From contig JAIYAE010000014.1 of assembly GCA_027489175.1 (NCBI GenBank), positions 312,491 to 376,490 on the forward strand: a stretch of 64,000 bases of DNA. The letters are read 5' to 3'. This document shows, one piece after another, positions 17,908 to 26,909 of the stretch. Numbering within the stretch: position 1 is the stretch's first letter; each line of letters starts with the position of its first letter. Under the pieces are notes generated by a model. It did no database searches. It worked only from the letters and a program-made list of their open reading frames with translations, and was not told the origin of the DNA. Position numbers and translations under genes: made by a program. This stretch comes from Rhodobacter sp. GTDB lineage: Bacteria; Pseudomonadota; Alphaproteobacteria; Rhodobacterales; Rhodobacteraceae.

Positions 17908-19188
17908 ATGCCTCTGTCAGCCCTGACCGGAACCCGCCTGCGCGAAAGACGTCTGGCCAATGGCATCCGGCAAGCGGATCTGGCGGCCACGGTGGGCATT
18001 TCCGCCAGCTATCTGAACCTGATCGAACATGACCGGCGCAAGGTTGGCGGCACGCTTCTGGTGCGGCTTGCGGATGCCTTGGGCTTTGACCGCAATGCGC
18101 TGGCGCAGGGGTCGGACACCGTCCTGATCGAGGGCCTGCAAAGTGCCGCATCGCGCGGCGGGGCGCTGTCGGTCGAACTGACCGGCCTTGAGGATTTCGC
18201 CAGCCGCTTTCCAGGCTGGGCGGGCCTCTTGGTGGCCACCGATGCCCGGGTGCAGACGCTTGAACGTGCGGTCGAGGCGCTGAATGACCGGATGACCCAT
18301 GACCCGCACCTGTCGCAATCGCTGCATGAGGTGCTGTCGTCGCTGTCCTCGGTCCGGGCCACGGCCTCGATCCTGGCCGAAACCGAAGATCTTGACCCGG
18401 ATTGGGCGGCACGGTTCCACAGGAACCTGCACCATGACAGCGAGCGGCTGGCGGTCGGGGCCGAAGCGCTGGTGGCCTACCTTGATGCCGGAAGTGCCAT
18501 CGCCGAACAGGGCATCGCCGCCCCGCAGGAAGAGGTGGAGGATTGGCTGAAGGCGCGGGGCTGGAGCTTTGCCGATGCCACGCTGGTTGAGGGCTGCGAT
18601 GATGAGGTGGCGGCCCTTGCGTCCACCGCAGCGCGCAGCCTGGCGCGGGCCTATCTGGCGCGGGCCCTTGGCGATGCGCGCGCCTTGCCGATGGCCGAAT
18701 TTGCCCAAGCTGTAGCCGAGGTAGGCCCTGATCCCTTTGCCCTGGCGGAAAGCTTTGCCTGTGACCCGTTGCTGGTCATGCGGCGTCTGGCCAGCTTGCC
18801 GGATGTTGGGGCCGGGCTGGTGACCTGTGACGCCTCGGGCACGCTGACCTTTCGCAAGCCGACGGCGGGTTTTCCCTTGCCGCGCTTTGGGGCGGCCTGT
18901 CCGCTTTGGCCGCTTTACGCAGCGCTTGGCCGGCCGTCGCAACCGGTTGAGACCGTGGTCGAAATGGCCGGGCAGGGTGGGCGGCTGCACCGGGTCTTGG
19001 CCTGGGCCACGCCGGGCCACCCGATGGGGCTGCGCGGCCCGGAACTGCGCGAGGCGGCCATGCTGATCCTGCCCGATGACCAGCCCCGGCAGACCGCCCT
19101 GCCCATCGGGTCAAGTTGCCGGATCTGCCCGCGCCAGACCTGCCCCGCACGGCGTGAGCCGTCGATCCTGTCTGAGGCACGCAGCTAG
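17908..19188 (+). CDS. XRE-family HTH regulator with Cys-rich C-terminal domain (ScfR/DUF2083-like)
   Basis: N-terminal HTH: LRERRLANGIRQADLAATVGISASYLNLIEHDRRKV. C-terminal Cys motifs: ACPLWPLY and CRICPRQTCPARREPSI. No intact HExxH motif was seen in the middle domain. Confidence 0.75.
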   Translation: MPLSALTGTRLRERRLANGIRQADLAATVGISASYLNLIEHDRRKVGGTLLVRLADALGFDRNALAQGSDTVLIEGLQSAASRGGALSVELTGLEDFASRFPGWAGLLVATDARVQTLERAVEALNDRMTHDPHLSQSLHEVLSSLSSVRATASILAETEDLDPDWAARFHRNLHHDSERLAVGAEALVAYLDAGSAIAEQGIAAPQEEVEDWLKARGWSFADATLVEGCDDEVAALASTAARSLARAYLARALGDARALPMAEFAQAVAEVGPDPFALAESFACDPLLVMRRLASLPDVGAGLVTCDASGTLTFRKPTAGFPLPRFGAACPLWPLYAALGRPSQPVETVVEMAGQGGRLHRVLAWATPGHPMGLRGPELREAAMLILPDDQPRQTALPIGSSCRICPRQTCPARREPSILSEARS

Positions 19189-19274
19189 GCCCGGCCTTTG
19201 AAACGGGTTTTGACACGCAGGGCAGTTCTGTCGATAGTGAAGGCGGAGCGGCGCTTTGCGCCGGGGGGGAACCA

Positions 19275-19649
19275 GTGCCAGGGCAAATGACGGGACATGT
19301 GCTCCTCGTCGAGGATGAACCGAACATCGCCGAGGCGATCCGGTTCATTCTGGCGCGTGACGGGCTGCGGGTGTCGCATCTGGCCGATGGCCTGGAAGCC
19401 CTGGCGGCGGTGCGGGGCGACCGGCCCGATCTGGTGATCCTTGACCATATGCTGCCCGGTCTTTCGGGGCTGGAAATCCTGAGCGCCATCCGGGCCGACC
19501 CGGACACCCGGACCGTTCCCGTGATGATGCTGACCGCACGCGGCCGCGACCGCGAGGCCGCCGAACGCGCCGGGGCGGACCGCTTCATCTCTAAACCCTT
19601 TTCCAACGCGGAAATCCTGGCCGAGGTTCGCGCCATGATGAACCGCTGA
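19275..19649 (+). CDS. single-domain response regulator (CheY-like receiver)
   Basis: 124 aa with LLVEDE, the DLVILDHMLPGLSG phospho-acceptor region and ISKPF. There is no output domain. Confidence 0.9.
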   Translation: MPGQMTGHVLLVEDEPNIAEAIRFILARDGLRVSHLADGLEALAAVRGDRPDLVILDHMLPGLSGLEILSAIRADPDTRTVPVMMLTARGRDREAAERAGADRFISKPFSNAEILAEVRAMMNR

Positions 19650-19909
19650 TGGCACGCCCTAAGCCGCCGCTTTTCCTTGCCCGCGCCCCCTATCGGCGGC
19701 GACGGCTGCGCGATGCGGCGCGGCTTTTGCCGATCCTGGGCCTGTTCCTGCTGTTGTTGCCGCTTCTGTGGACGCATGGCGACCGCACCAGCCTGTCGGC
19801 AGGAGATGTGATCTATTTCTTTCTGGTCTGGCTGGGGCTGATCGGCGTTGCTGCCGGTTTTGCCCCCGGCCTGTCCAGCGGTGAGGGCACCGAGGAGGAG
19901 GAGGACTGA
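19649..19909 (+). CDS. 86-aa two-TM mini-protein
   Basis: The ATG overlaps the receiver stop (TGATG). It has an Arg-rich N-terminus, two hydrophobic helices and an acidic tail (GEGTEEEED). It ends 1 nt before the kinase start. Confidence 0.6.
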   Translation: MARPKPPLFLARAPYRRRRLRDAARLLPILGLFLLLLPLLWTHGDRTSLSAGDVIYFFLVWLGLIGVAAGFAPGLSSGEGTEEEED

Positions 19910-19910
19910 G

Positions 19911-22595
19911 ATGCCCTTCAACCTTCTGGTCTTCGCCTGCATCCTTTACGTCGTCTTTCTCTTTGCCGTGGCGTTCATCGTTGAACGCCGGGCGCAGGCC
20001 GGGCGGCTTGGGTGGCTGCGCTCGCCCCTTGTCTACACGCTGAGCCTGTCGATCTATTGCACCGCCTGGACGTTCTACGGCGCGGTTGGCTATGCCGCCC
20101 GGTCGGGGCTGGAGTTTCTGACGATCTACTTTGGCCCAACGCTGGTCTTCATCGGCTGGTGGTGGCTGTTGCGCAAGCTCGTGCGGATCGGGCGGCAGTA
20201 TCGGGTCACGTCGATTGCCGACCTCATCTCCTCGCGCTTTGGCAAGTCAAACACGCTGGGGGTGATTGTCACGGTGATGGCCGTGGTGGCGGCGACGCCC
20301 TACATCGCACTGCAATTGCAATCTGTTGTGTTGTCCTTTGGCGTCTTCGCCAGCGTCACGCCGGACGGGGTGTCGCCACCGGACCCCGGCAGCACGGCGA
20401 TCTGGGTGGCGGTGGGGCTGGCGCTCTTCACCATCCTTTTCGGCACCCGGAACCTGGATGCCAAGGAACAGCACCACGGCATTGTCACCGCAATCGCGGT
20501 CGAGGCGGTGGTGAAGCTCGTTGCCCTTCTGGCGGTGGGGTCCTTCGTGGTCTGGGGGATCGCTGACGGCGTGGGCGACATCATCGCGCGGATCGATGCA
20601 TCCGACCTGTCGGCCTGGCAGGTCGAGCCGGGGCGCTGGACCGGCCTTATATTCCTGTCTGCCGCTGCGGTCATCACCTTGCCGCGGATGTTTCAGGTCA
20701 TGGTGGTCGAAAATGACGACGAAGGGCATCTGGCCCGCGCCAGTTGGGCCTTCCCGCTTTACCTGATGCTGATGAGCCTCTTCATCGTCCCCATCGCCGT
20801 GGTGGGGCTGGACCGGCTGCCTGCGGGGTCCAACCCCGACATGTTCATCCTGACCCTACCCCTGGCCGAGGGGCAGGGCGCCTTGGCGATGCTGGTGTTT
20901 CTGGGTGGGTTCTCCTCGGCCACGTCGATGGTTATCGTGGAATCCATCGCGCTGGCGACGATGATTTCCAACCATGTCGTCATCCCCCTCTGGCTGCGTC
21001 TGCGGCCAAAGGCCGGGGCCGGGGATGACCTGCGCCTGGTGGTTCTGAACGCCCGGCGCTTGGCGATCGCGGCGGTGCTGGCGCTGGGGTACGGGTATTA
21101 TCAAATCTCGGGCGGGTCGGCGGCGCTGGCGGCCATCGGGTTGATTGCCTTTCTTGGCGTGGCGCAGGTGCTGCCGGCGCTGCTGGCGGGGCTGTTCTGG
21201 CGCGGGGCCAACAAGAACGGCGCGTTGCTGGGGTTGCTGACGGGGTTCGTGATCTGGGCCTACACCTCGTTCCTGCCGTCCTTTGGCCCCGGGGCGATGC
21301 TGTCCGAGGCGGTGTTCACCCAAGGCTTGTTCGGGCTTTCATGGCTGCGCCCGCAGGCGCTGTTCGGGACCGAAGGCATGGACCCGATGATCCACGCGCT
21401 GTTCTGGTCGCTGACGCTGAACGTCATCGCGTTGTGCCTTGGGTCGCTTCTCACCTTCCCCGCGCCGTTGGAGCGGTTGCAGGGCGCGGCCTTCGTCAAT
21501 GTGTTCGAGGGTGCCGTCGGCCCGCAACGCTGGGCGCGGGGGCAAGCGGAACCTGAGGCACTTCTGACCATGGCGCAGCGGATTCTGGGGGAAGATGCTG
21601 CCCTGACCCTCTTCCAAAGTGCCGCGCGCGATCAGGGCAAAGACGGCTTTCTGCCTGATCCCACCCCCGCTTTCCTTGACACGCTTGAGGCGCGGCTGTC
21701 GGGGTCCGTGGGGGCCGCCACCGCGCATGCGATGATCAGCCAGCTGGTCGGCCGTGCCACGGTGACGGTTGAGGATCTGATGGCCGTGGCCTCGGAATCC
21801 GCGCAGATCATGGAGTACTCCGCCCAGTTGGAAGCGCGCGAGGCCGAACTGACCCGCACCGCCGGCGCCCTGCGCGAGGCGAATGAAAAGCTAATGCAGC
21901 TATCGATCCAGAAAGACGCCTTCCTGAGCCAGATCAGCCATGAACTTCGCACGCCCATGACCTCAATCCGCGCGTTTTCCGAGATTCTGACGGAAGGCGA
22001 CCTGCCGCCCGAGATGGTCACCAAATACGGGCAGATCATCCATGACGAGGCCAAGCGCCTGACGCGGCTTTTGGATGACCTTTTGGATCTGAGCGTTCTG
22101 GAAAACGGCACGGTGCAACTGACCCTTGAGTTGGCCAGTCTGCAACAGATGCTGGACACCGCCCTGACCGCCGCGCGCCAGACAAGGCCGGAACGCAGCT
22201 TTACCATCCACCGCGACCTCCCGTCCGAGGCGATCTACCTCAAGACCGATGCTGACCGGCTGACACAAGTCTTCATCAACCTGATCTCGAACGCGCGGAA
22301 ATATTGCGACGCGGCCGAGCCGGAACTGCGCATTGCCGTCCGCCAGCGGGCCGGGCGGGTGACGATCGACTTCATCGACAACGGCAAGGGCATCCCGAAG
22401 GAATCGCAATCGCTGATCTTCGAGAAATTCGCTCGGCTGACCGATGCCAATCGCGCAGGCGGCGCGGGGCTTGGGCTGGCCATCTGCCGCGAGATCATGA
22501 CAAACCTTGGCGGATCAGTGGCTTATCTGCCGGGGCAGGGCGGGGCTGCCTTCCGGCTGACCGTGCCTTTGCGGCTGGAGAAGCTGGCCGCTTAA
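19911..22595 (+). CDS. sensor histidine kinase with N-terminal sodium:solute-symporter (SSS/SLC5)-like domain (CbrA/CrbS architecture)
   Basis: ATG at 19911. About 500 aa of polytopic SSS-like membrane domain, a helical linker, then the H-box SHELRTPMTSIRAF, N-box NLISNARKY and G-boxes DNGKGI / GGAGLGLAICREI. Confidence 0.9.
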   Translation: MPFNLLVFACILYVVFLFAVAFIVERRAQAGRLGWLRSPLVYTLSLSIYCTAWTFYGAVGYAARSGLEFLTIYFGPTLVFIGWWWLLRKLVRIGRQYRVTSIADLISSRFGKSNTLGVIVTVMAVVAATPYIALQLQSVVLSFGVFASVTPDGVSPPDPGSTAIWVAVGLALFTILFGTRNLDAKEQHHGIVTAIAVEAVVKLVALLAVGSFVVWGIADGVGDIIARIDASDLSAWQVEPGRWTGLIFLSAAAVITLPRMFQVMVVENDDEGHLARASWAFPLYLMLMSLFIVPIAVVGLDRLPAGSNPDMFILTLPLAEGQGALAMLVFLGGFSSATSMVIVESIALATMISNHVVIPLWLRLRPKAGAGDDLRLVVLNARRLAIAAVLALGYGYYQISGGSAALAAIGLIAFLGVAQVLPALLAGLFWRGANKNGALLGLLTGFVIWAYTSFLPSFGPGAMLSEAVFTQGLFGLSWLRPQALFGTEGMDPMIHALFWSLTLNVIALCLGSLLTFPAPLERLQGAAFVNVFEGAVGPQRWARGQAEPEALLTMAQRILGEDAALTLFQSAARDQGKDGFLPDPTPAFLDTLEARLSGSVGAATAHAMISQLVGRATVTVEDLMAVASESAQIMEYSAQLEAREAELTRTAGALREANEKLMQLSIQKDAFLSQISHELRTPMTSIRAFSEILTEGDLPPEMVTKYGQIIHDEAKRLTRLLDDLLDLSVLENGTVQLTLELASLQQMLDTALTAARQTRPERSFTIHRDLPSEAIYLKTDADRLTQVFINLISNARKYCDAAEPELRIAVRQRAGRVTIDFIDNGKGIPKESQSLIFEKFARLTDANRAGGAGLGLAICREIMTNLGGSVAYLPGQGGAAFRLTVPLRLEKLAA

Positions 22596-22652
22596 GAGTT
22601 TGGTAGGGGTCGGCGGCTTAGGGTCAGGTGTCCAACCCCGGGGCCAAGCACA

Positions 22653-23603
22653 ATGACCGAAGTGATCCGCCGCAAGATCGACCGCGCCCGGCAACCGCAG
22701 GCCGATGGGGCCCCCGGGGCTGACCGTGGTTGGCGGCTGGCTTTGGCCCGCGCCACCCGTGACGCGATGGGTCTGGATCTTGAGGTGCGGCGTCTGCAGG
22801 TCCTGCGCGCCAGCCTGGCCGAAATCCTGGATATCGCGCCGGAGCGGGCTTTGGTGTCGCTCCTTGACGGGCCGGAAGGCGGGCTGGGCGTTCTGATGTT
22901 CGCGCCAGCCGTCACGGCTGCAATGATCGAAATGCAGACCTTGGGCCGCCTAGCCTCACAGCCCGCGCCGCCGCGCAAGCCGACGCGGATTGATGCGGCC
23001 ATGGTTGCCGGGGTGGTGGATCGCGCGCTTGCCGGTCTTGACGACACCCTTGCCGAAGAGGCGGACCGGATCTGGGCCGGGGGCTTTCGCTATGCCTCCT
23101 TCCTGGAAGATCTGCGTCCGCTGGCGCTGTTGCTGGAGGAAGAGACCTACCGCGTCCTTCTTGCCGACGTGTCACTGGGCGAGAGCGCGCGCGAAGGGCA
23201 GGTGATCCTGGTGCTGCCGGCAATCGGGCGCGGCGAACAGATCGCCATGCCCTCGGCCGAAGCGGAGGCCGCACCGCAGTTCACCACAGCGCTCGCGGCG
23301 CAGGTGATGCAGGTCGATTGCCGGCTTGATGCCATCATCGGACGGCTGACGCTGCCGATCCGCCAGATCATGGGCTTGCAGCCGGGGGATGTGCTGGAAC
23401 TGCCGTTTTCGGCGATTGATGCGGTCACCATTGAAACCATGGATGGCCGCCGCGTGGCCCGGGCCCGGCTGGGGCAGAACCGTGGGATGCGGGCGCTCAA
23501 GGTGCTTGAAGCGGACAGTTTCCGTGCGGCCAATGCGGTGCACCATCGCCCGGCCCCGGTGGAAGATCCGGCGGCACCCCCGGACCTGCGCGCCGCAAGC
23601 TGA
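22653..23603 (+). CDS. FliM/FliN-family (SpoA-domain) switch-like protein, orphan
   Basis: 316 aa. The C-terminal SpoA/FliN-like segment is LTLPIRQIMGLQPGDVLELPFSAIDAVTIETMDGRRVARARLGQNRGMRALKV. It starts 57 bp after the kinase stop and there are no other flagellar genes in the window. Confidence 0.7.
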   Translation: MTEVIRRKIDRARQPQADGAPGADRGWRLALARATRDAMGLDLEVRRLQVLRASLAEILDIAPERALVSLLDGPEGGLGVLMFAPAVTAAMIEMQTLGRLASQPAPPRKPTRIDAAMVAGVVDRALAGLDDTLAEEADRIWAGGFRYASFLEDLRPLALLLEEETYRVLLADVSLGESAREGQVILVLPAIGRGEQIAMPSAEAEAAPQFTTALAAQVMQVDCRLDAIIGRLTLPIRQIMGLQPGDVLELPFSAIDAVTIETMDGRRVARARLGQNRGMRALKVLEADSFRAANAVHHRPAPVEDPAAPPDLRAAS

Positions 23604-23634
23604 CCCGGCGGAGCCAGCCTGCCGCCACGCCGCC

Positions 23635-24072
23635 TCAAACGGACGGTGCGGCCTTGGCCAGCGCCTCGATCTGCGGGCGCAGGTGATCCAGCTGGTAGCC
23701 AAAACGCGCGGGCAGCCCGACCAGATCCTCAACCGGTCGGGTCCCGGCCAGTGCCAGCGCCCAGACCACGGAACTGCGGTTGCCGCTAGCGCAATAGGCC
23801 AGCACCGGGCCGGTTGCCGCTTTGATCGCGCTGCGCTGCGCATCGACATTGTCCATGGTCATCATCCCACCGATCACCGGATTGACCACAAAGGTCAGAC
23901 CCAGCGCTTCGGCCGCCGCGCGCATCGCTTCGGTGTGCAGATGCGGCGGGATCTCGCCATCGGGGCGGTTGTTGATGACAGTGGTATAGCCCGCTGCCTT
24001 GATTGCCGGCAGATCGGCAAGGTCAATCTGCGGCGAAACGGCGTAATCGGGGGTAAGGGGGCGGATGTCCAT
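23635..24072 (-). CDS. DUF442 / TIGR01244-type phosphatase-fold sulfur-transferase-like protein
   Basis: ATG at 24072 (MDIRPLTPDYAVSPQI...). Contains a CX5R loop, YCASGNRS. Confidence 0.75.
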   Translation of the reverse strand: MDIRPLTPDYAVSPQIDLADLPAIKAAGYTTVINNRPDGEIPPHLHTEAMRAAAEALGLTFVVNPVIGGMMTMDNVDAQRSAIKAATGPVLAYCASGNRSSVVWALALAGTRPVEDLVGLPARFGYQLDHLRPQIEALAKAAPSV

Positions 24073-24232
24073 GGTCTGTCCTTTGCAGCGGGCTAGGGCG
24101 AGCATAAGCCCAGCGGCCTCGAAGGGAAAGCCGCTGTTGCCATCGCTTTTGTCCGACCTGGGGCAGGGTTGACCTGCATCAAGGCACGGGACGGCCCCCC
24201 TGTGCGATCCTTGCGCAAAGGAGAGACTCACT

Positions 24233-24565
24233 ATGCAATCCACCAATCCCGTGCCATTGACCACCCGCCGCGCCATGCTGGAAGGTCGCTTGATCGAACT
24301 TGGCGCCCGCCTCGACTTGATCGATGATGAGCTTTTGTCCCATCACAGCGCCGACTGGGAAGACCTCGCCACCGAACGTGAGCCGGATGAAGTGCTGGAA
24401 GCCACCGCAAAGGCCGGATTGGCGGAAATCCCGCTGATCCGGGCGGCGCTGCGCCGGATTGCCGACGGCACCTACGGCATCTGCGCCAACTGTGGCGAGC
24501 CGATCCCCGAGGGTCGGCTTGATGCTCTGCCCTGGACGCCGCTGTGCCGGACCTGCACGCAATGA
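24233..24565 (+). CDS. DksA/TraR family C4 zinc-finger protein
   Basis: AAGGAGAG lies upstream. The C-terminal motif is CANCGEPIPEGRLDALPWTPLCRTC. Confidence 0.88.
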   Translation: MQSTNPVPLTTRRAMLEGRLIELGARLDLIDDELLSHHSADWEDLATEREPDEVLEATAKAGLAEIPLIRAALRRIADGTYGICANCGEPIPEGRLDALPWTPLCRTCTQ

Positions 24566-24765
24566 CCCGCCCGGTGCAGCCCGCAGCCCCGCCCGACCTG
24601 ATCCAGCAAGAGGCTGACCTGCTGGAAGCGGGCCTTTCCCTTCAGACGGAAGGTCTGAAGCTGCTTCTTGCCGAGATGCGGGCCCTGTCCGCGCTGATCC
24701 CGCATCAGGCCGACCCGCCTTCGGACAGCGAGGTTGAGGCCGGGTTCGACAACCTGCCGATCTGA
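24562..24765 (+). CDS. 67-aa hypothetical protein, translationally coupled to the DksA/TraR gene
   Basis: The ATG at 24562 overlaps the upstream stop (ATGA). High GC3, a helical Leu-rich core and an acidic tail. Confidence 0.45.
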   Translation: MTRPVQPAAPPDLIQQEADLLEAGLSLQTEGLKLLLAEMRALSALIPHQADPPSDSEVEAGFDNLPI

Positions 24766-24842
24766 CCCCGCCGCAGCCTGGCAGCGCTTGCCAAGCCCCG
24801 GCAGTTGCGCCTTACTCCGCCCATATCGGCAGGAGAGGTGGC

Positions 24843-26546
24843 ATGACGTCAGGCGGGGTCGAGGCGGCGCTGCACGGCGGGATTTTGGTCCTGACCCTGA
24901 CGCAAGGCCCCTCCAACGCCTTGACGCCGGCGGTGCGCGCGGCCCTGATCGCGGCCCTTGCCACCCGGCCTGCGGGCTGTGTGGCCGTGGTCATCACCGG
25001 GGCTGGGGCCACCTTCTCAAGCCACGTGCCGATGGAACCGGACCGGGCCAGCCCGTCGTTGCAGGACCTGTGTCAGGCGGTTGAGGGGGCCGGCGTGCCG
25101 GTTGTGGCCGCGCTCCACGGTCTGGCGCTGGGGCCGGGGGCCGAGCTTTTGTTGGCGGCCAGCGCCCGCGTCGGCCAGCCGGGCAGCCGGATCGCCTTTC
25201 CCGAGGTCGCCTTCGGGCTTTGCCCGGCGGGGGGCAGCACCCGGCGGCTGGCGCGGCTGATCGGGGCCGAGGCGGCGCTGCAGGCCCTTGTCGCCGGGCG
25301 CGTGATCGGCACCGAAGAGGCGCGGGCGCTTGGCCTACTGGATGCCGTGGCCGGGACCGAGGGCCTGGGAACCGCCCTTGCGGTGGCAGACCAACTGGCG
25401 CGGGGCGACGGCCCCACCCGCCGGGTTGAGACTGCGGTAAGCTGGCAGGCGGCAGTGGCCGCCGCGCGCCGGGCCCATCCCCGCGCCTTGCCCGCGACGC
25501 GGCGGATCATCGACTGTGTCGAGGCGGCGCTTCTGTTGCCGCCCGAGGCTGCCGATCGGTTCGAAGCCGTCACCCGCGCCGATCTGGAAGCCTCGGCTGA
25601 AGCGGCGGGCCTTTGTGCTGCGGCCTTGGCCGACCGGCGCGCGGCGCGGCTGCCCGCCGCCGTGGCCCGGGTTGAGCCTTTGCCGCTGACCGGGCTTGGC
25701 CTTGCAGGCGAGGGGGCGGCGCTGGTCACCTTGGCCCGCGCCGCCTTGAAGGAAGGCATCGCCGTGCGCTGGCTGCACCCTTCGGCAGCGGTGATGACCG
25801 CCAGCCTTGGCCTTTCGGATACCACGGGCCTTGCCCATATCGACGACCCAACGGACCTTGCCGGTCTCGCCTTGCAGGTCCATGCCCGGGTGCCCGCCTC
25901 TGGCCCGCGGCGCCCGCTGGTTGATGGCACGGCCCTTCTGGTCCTTGACGGGGCCGAGGGCGAGATGGGCCTTTCGCTGGCGCCAAGTGGCCGTTTCGCC
26001 GAAATCGCAGTGGTCGCGGAAGAGGCGCCGCGGGCGATTGCCACGGCCGTTGCGGGTCTGCGCCGCTTGCATCTTGCGCCGATGCTGGTCGGGCATCCGC
26101 CGGGCATCGGCGCGGCCGTCCTGCAGGCGGGCAATCTGGCGCTGGCCCATCTGGCTGCAACCGGTGTGGACCCTGCCGATCTGACCGCAGCCCTGGCGCC
26201 TTATGGCCAGCGCGCACCGGATCTGGCCAAGGCAGCCCCGTCGCGCGCGATTGATCGGGGGCAGATTGCACAGCGCTGGCTTGGGGCGCTGACCGTCGCG
26301 GGGTTGCAGCTTCTGGCGCAGGCCCGGGCGCGGCGGCCGTCGGACATTGACCACGCGCTGGTGGCCGGGCATGGCTTTGCCCGCTGGCAAGGCGGCCCCA
26401 TGCATCTGGCTGACCGGCGCGGGTTGATGGTCCTGCGTCGCGATCTGCGGCTTTGGGCCGAGGAGAACGCCCTTTGGACCCCGCCACCGCTTCTGGATCG
26501 GCTGATCCGCGACGGGCTGTCGCTGGCCGCTTTGAACGACGCTTAA
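24843..26546 (+). CDS. enoyl-CoA hydratase / 3-hydroxyacyl-CoA dehydrogenase-like fusion (divergent FadB/FadJ-like)
   Basis: N-terminal crotonase fold (VVITGAGATFSS...ALHGLALGPGAELLLAA...FPEVAFGLCPAGGSTRRL). Later a GLGLAG dinucleotide-like motif and a 3HCDH C-terminal-like segment (DIDHALVAGHGFARWQGGPM). Confidence 0.7.
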   Translation: MTSGGVEAALHGGILVLTLTQGPSNALTPAVRAALIAALATRPAGCVAVVITGAGATFSSHVPMEPDRASPSLQDLCQAVEGAGVPVVAALHGLALGPGAELLLAASARVGQPGSRIAFPEVAFGLCPAGGSTRRLARLIGAEAALQALVAGRVIGTEEARALGLLDAVAGTEGLGTALAVADQLARGDGPTRRVETAVSWQAAVAAARRAHPRALPATRRIIDCVEAALLLPPEAADRFEAVTRADLEASAEAAGLCAAALADRRAARLPAAVARVEPLPLTGLGLAGEGAALVTLARAALKEGIAVRWLHPSAAVMTASLGLSDTTGLAHIDDPTDLAGLALQVHARVPASGPRRPLVDGTALLVLDGAEGEMGLSLAPSGRFAEIAVVAEEAPRAIATAVAGLRRLHLAPMLVGHPPGIGAAVLQAGNLALAHLAATGVDPADLTAALAPYGQRAPDLAKAAPSRAIDRGQIAQRWLGALTVAGLQLLAQARARRPSDIDHALVAGHGFARWQGGPMHLADRRGLMVLRRDLRLWAEENALWTPPPLLDRLIRDGLSLAALNDA

Positions 26547-26758
26547 CCCAGCGCGATGCCGGTGATGACCAGCATCAACCCCAAGGCCGACACGCCAAGC
26601 GCCGCCATGTTCAGCGTGACCACCTTTTGCAGCGCCGCCCGCATGGCCGCATCGTCAAGACCGGCCTTGCGCGCCTGCATCGCCTTGACCACGCAATAGC
26701 CAAGGCCGGCTATCCCGGCCAGCGTCAGCGCCGCCCCTGTCCAGATCAAGGCCTGCAT
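26543..26758 (-). CDS. 71-aa two-TM membrane protein
   Basis: ATG at 26758 (MQALIWTGAALTLAGIAGLGYCVVKAMQARKAG...). Its stop overlaps the stop of 24843..26546 (TTAA). Confidence 0.55.
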   Translation of the reverse strand: MQALIWTGAALTLAGIAGLGYCVVKAMQARKAGLDDAAMRAALQKVVTLNMAALGVSALGLMLVITGIALG

Positions 26759-26909
26759 CGATCTTCCCCTGTCACGTTCGCTGGCCGTGGGATTAGCGGC
26801 TTCGCTCTGCCGCTTCAAGCCGCCGATCCTGCCAGTCCGCTCTGATCCGTCTTGAACCCGGAGGGCAGGGCAGGGTAGGAACCTGCAACTCCCCCGAACT
26901 GACCCGAGG

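Noticed and set aside
16631-19942. Overlapping long minus-strand ORFs (16631..18412, 17917..19020, 18776..19942)
   Set aside because: These are antisense shadows of the binding protein, the XRE regulator, the receiver and the mini-TM genes. They have no motifs, and their Pro/Arg/Gly-rich composition is typical of GC-rich antisense frames.
24779-24793. TGGCA-gcgct-TGCCA upstream of the FadB-like gene, considered as a sigma-54 promoter
   Set aside because: The GG-to-GC spacing is 2 nt shorter than the -24/-12 consensus (TGGCAC-N5-TTGC). It is more likely a simple inverted repeat of unknown meaning.
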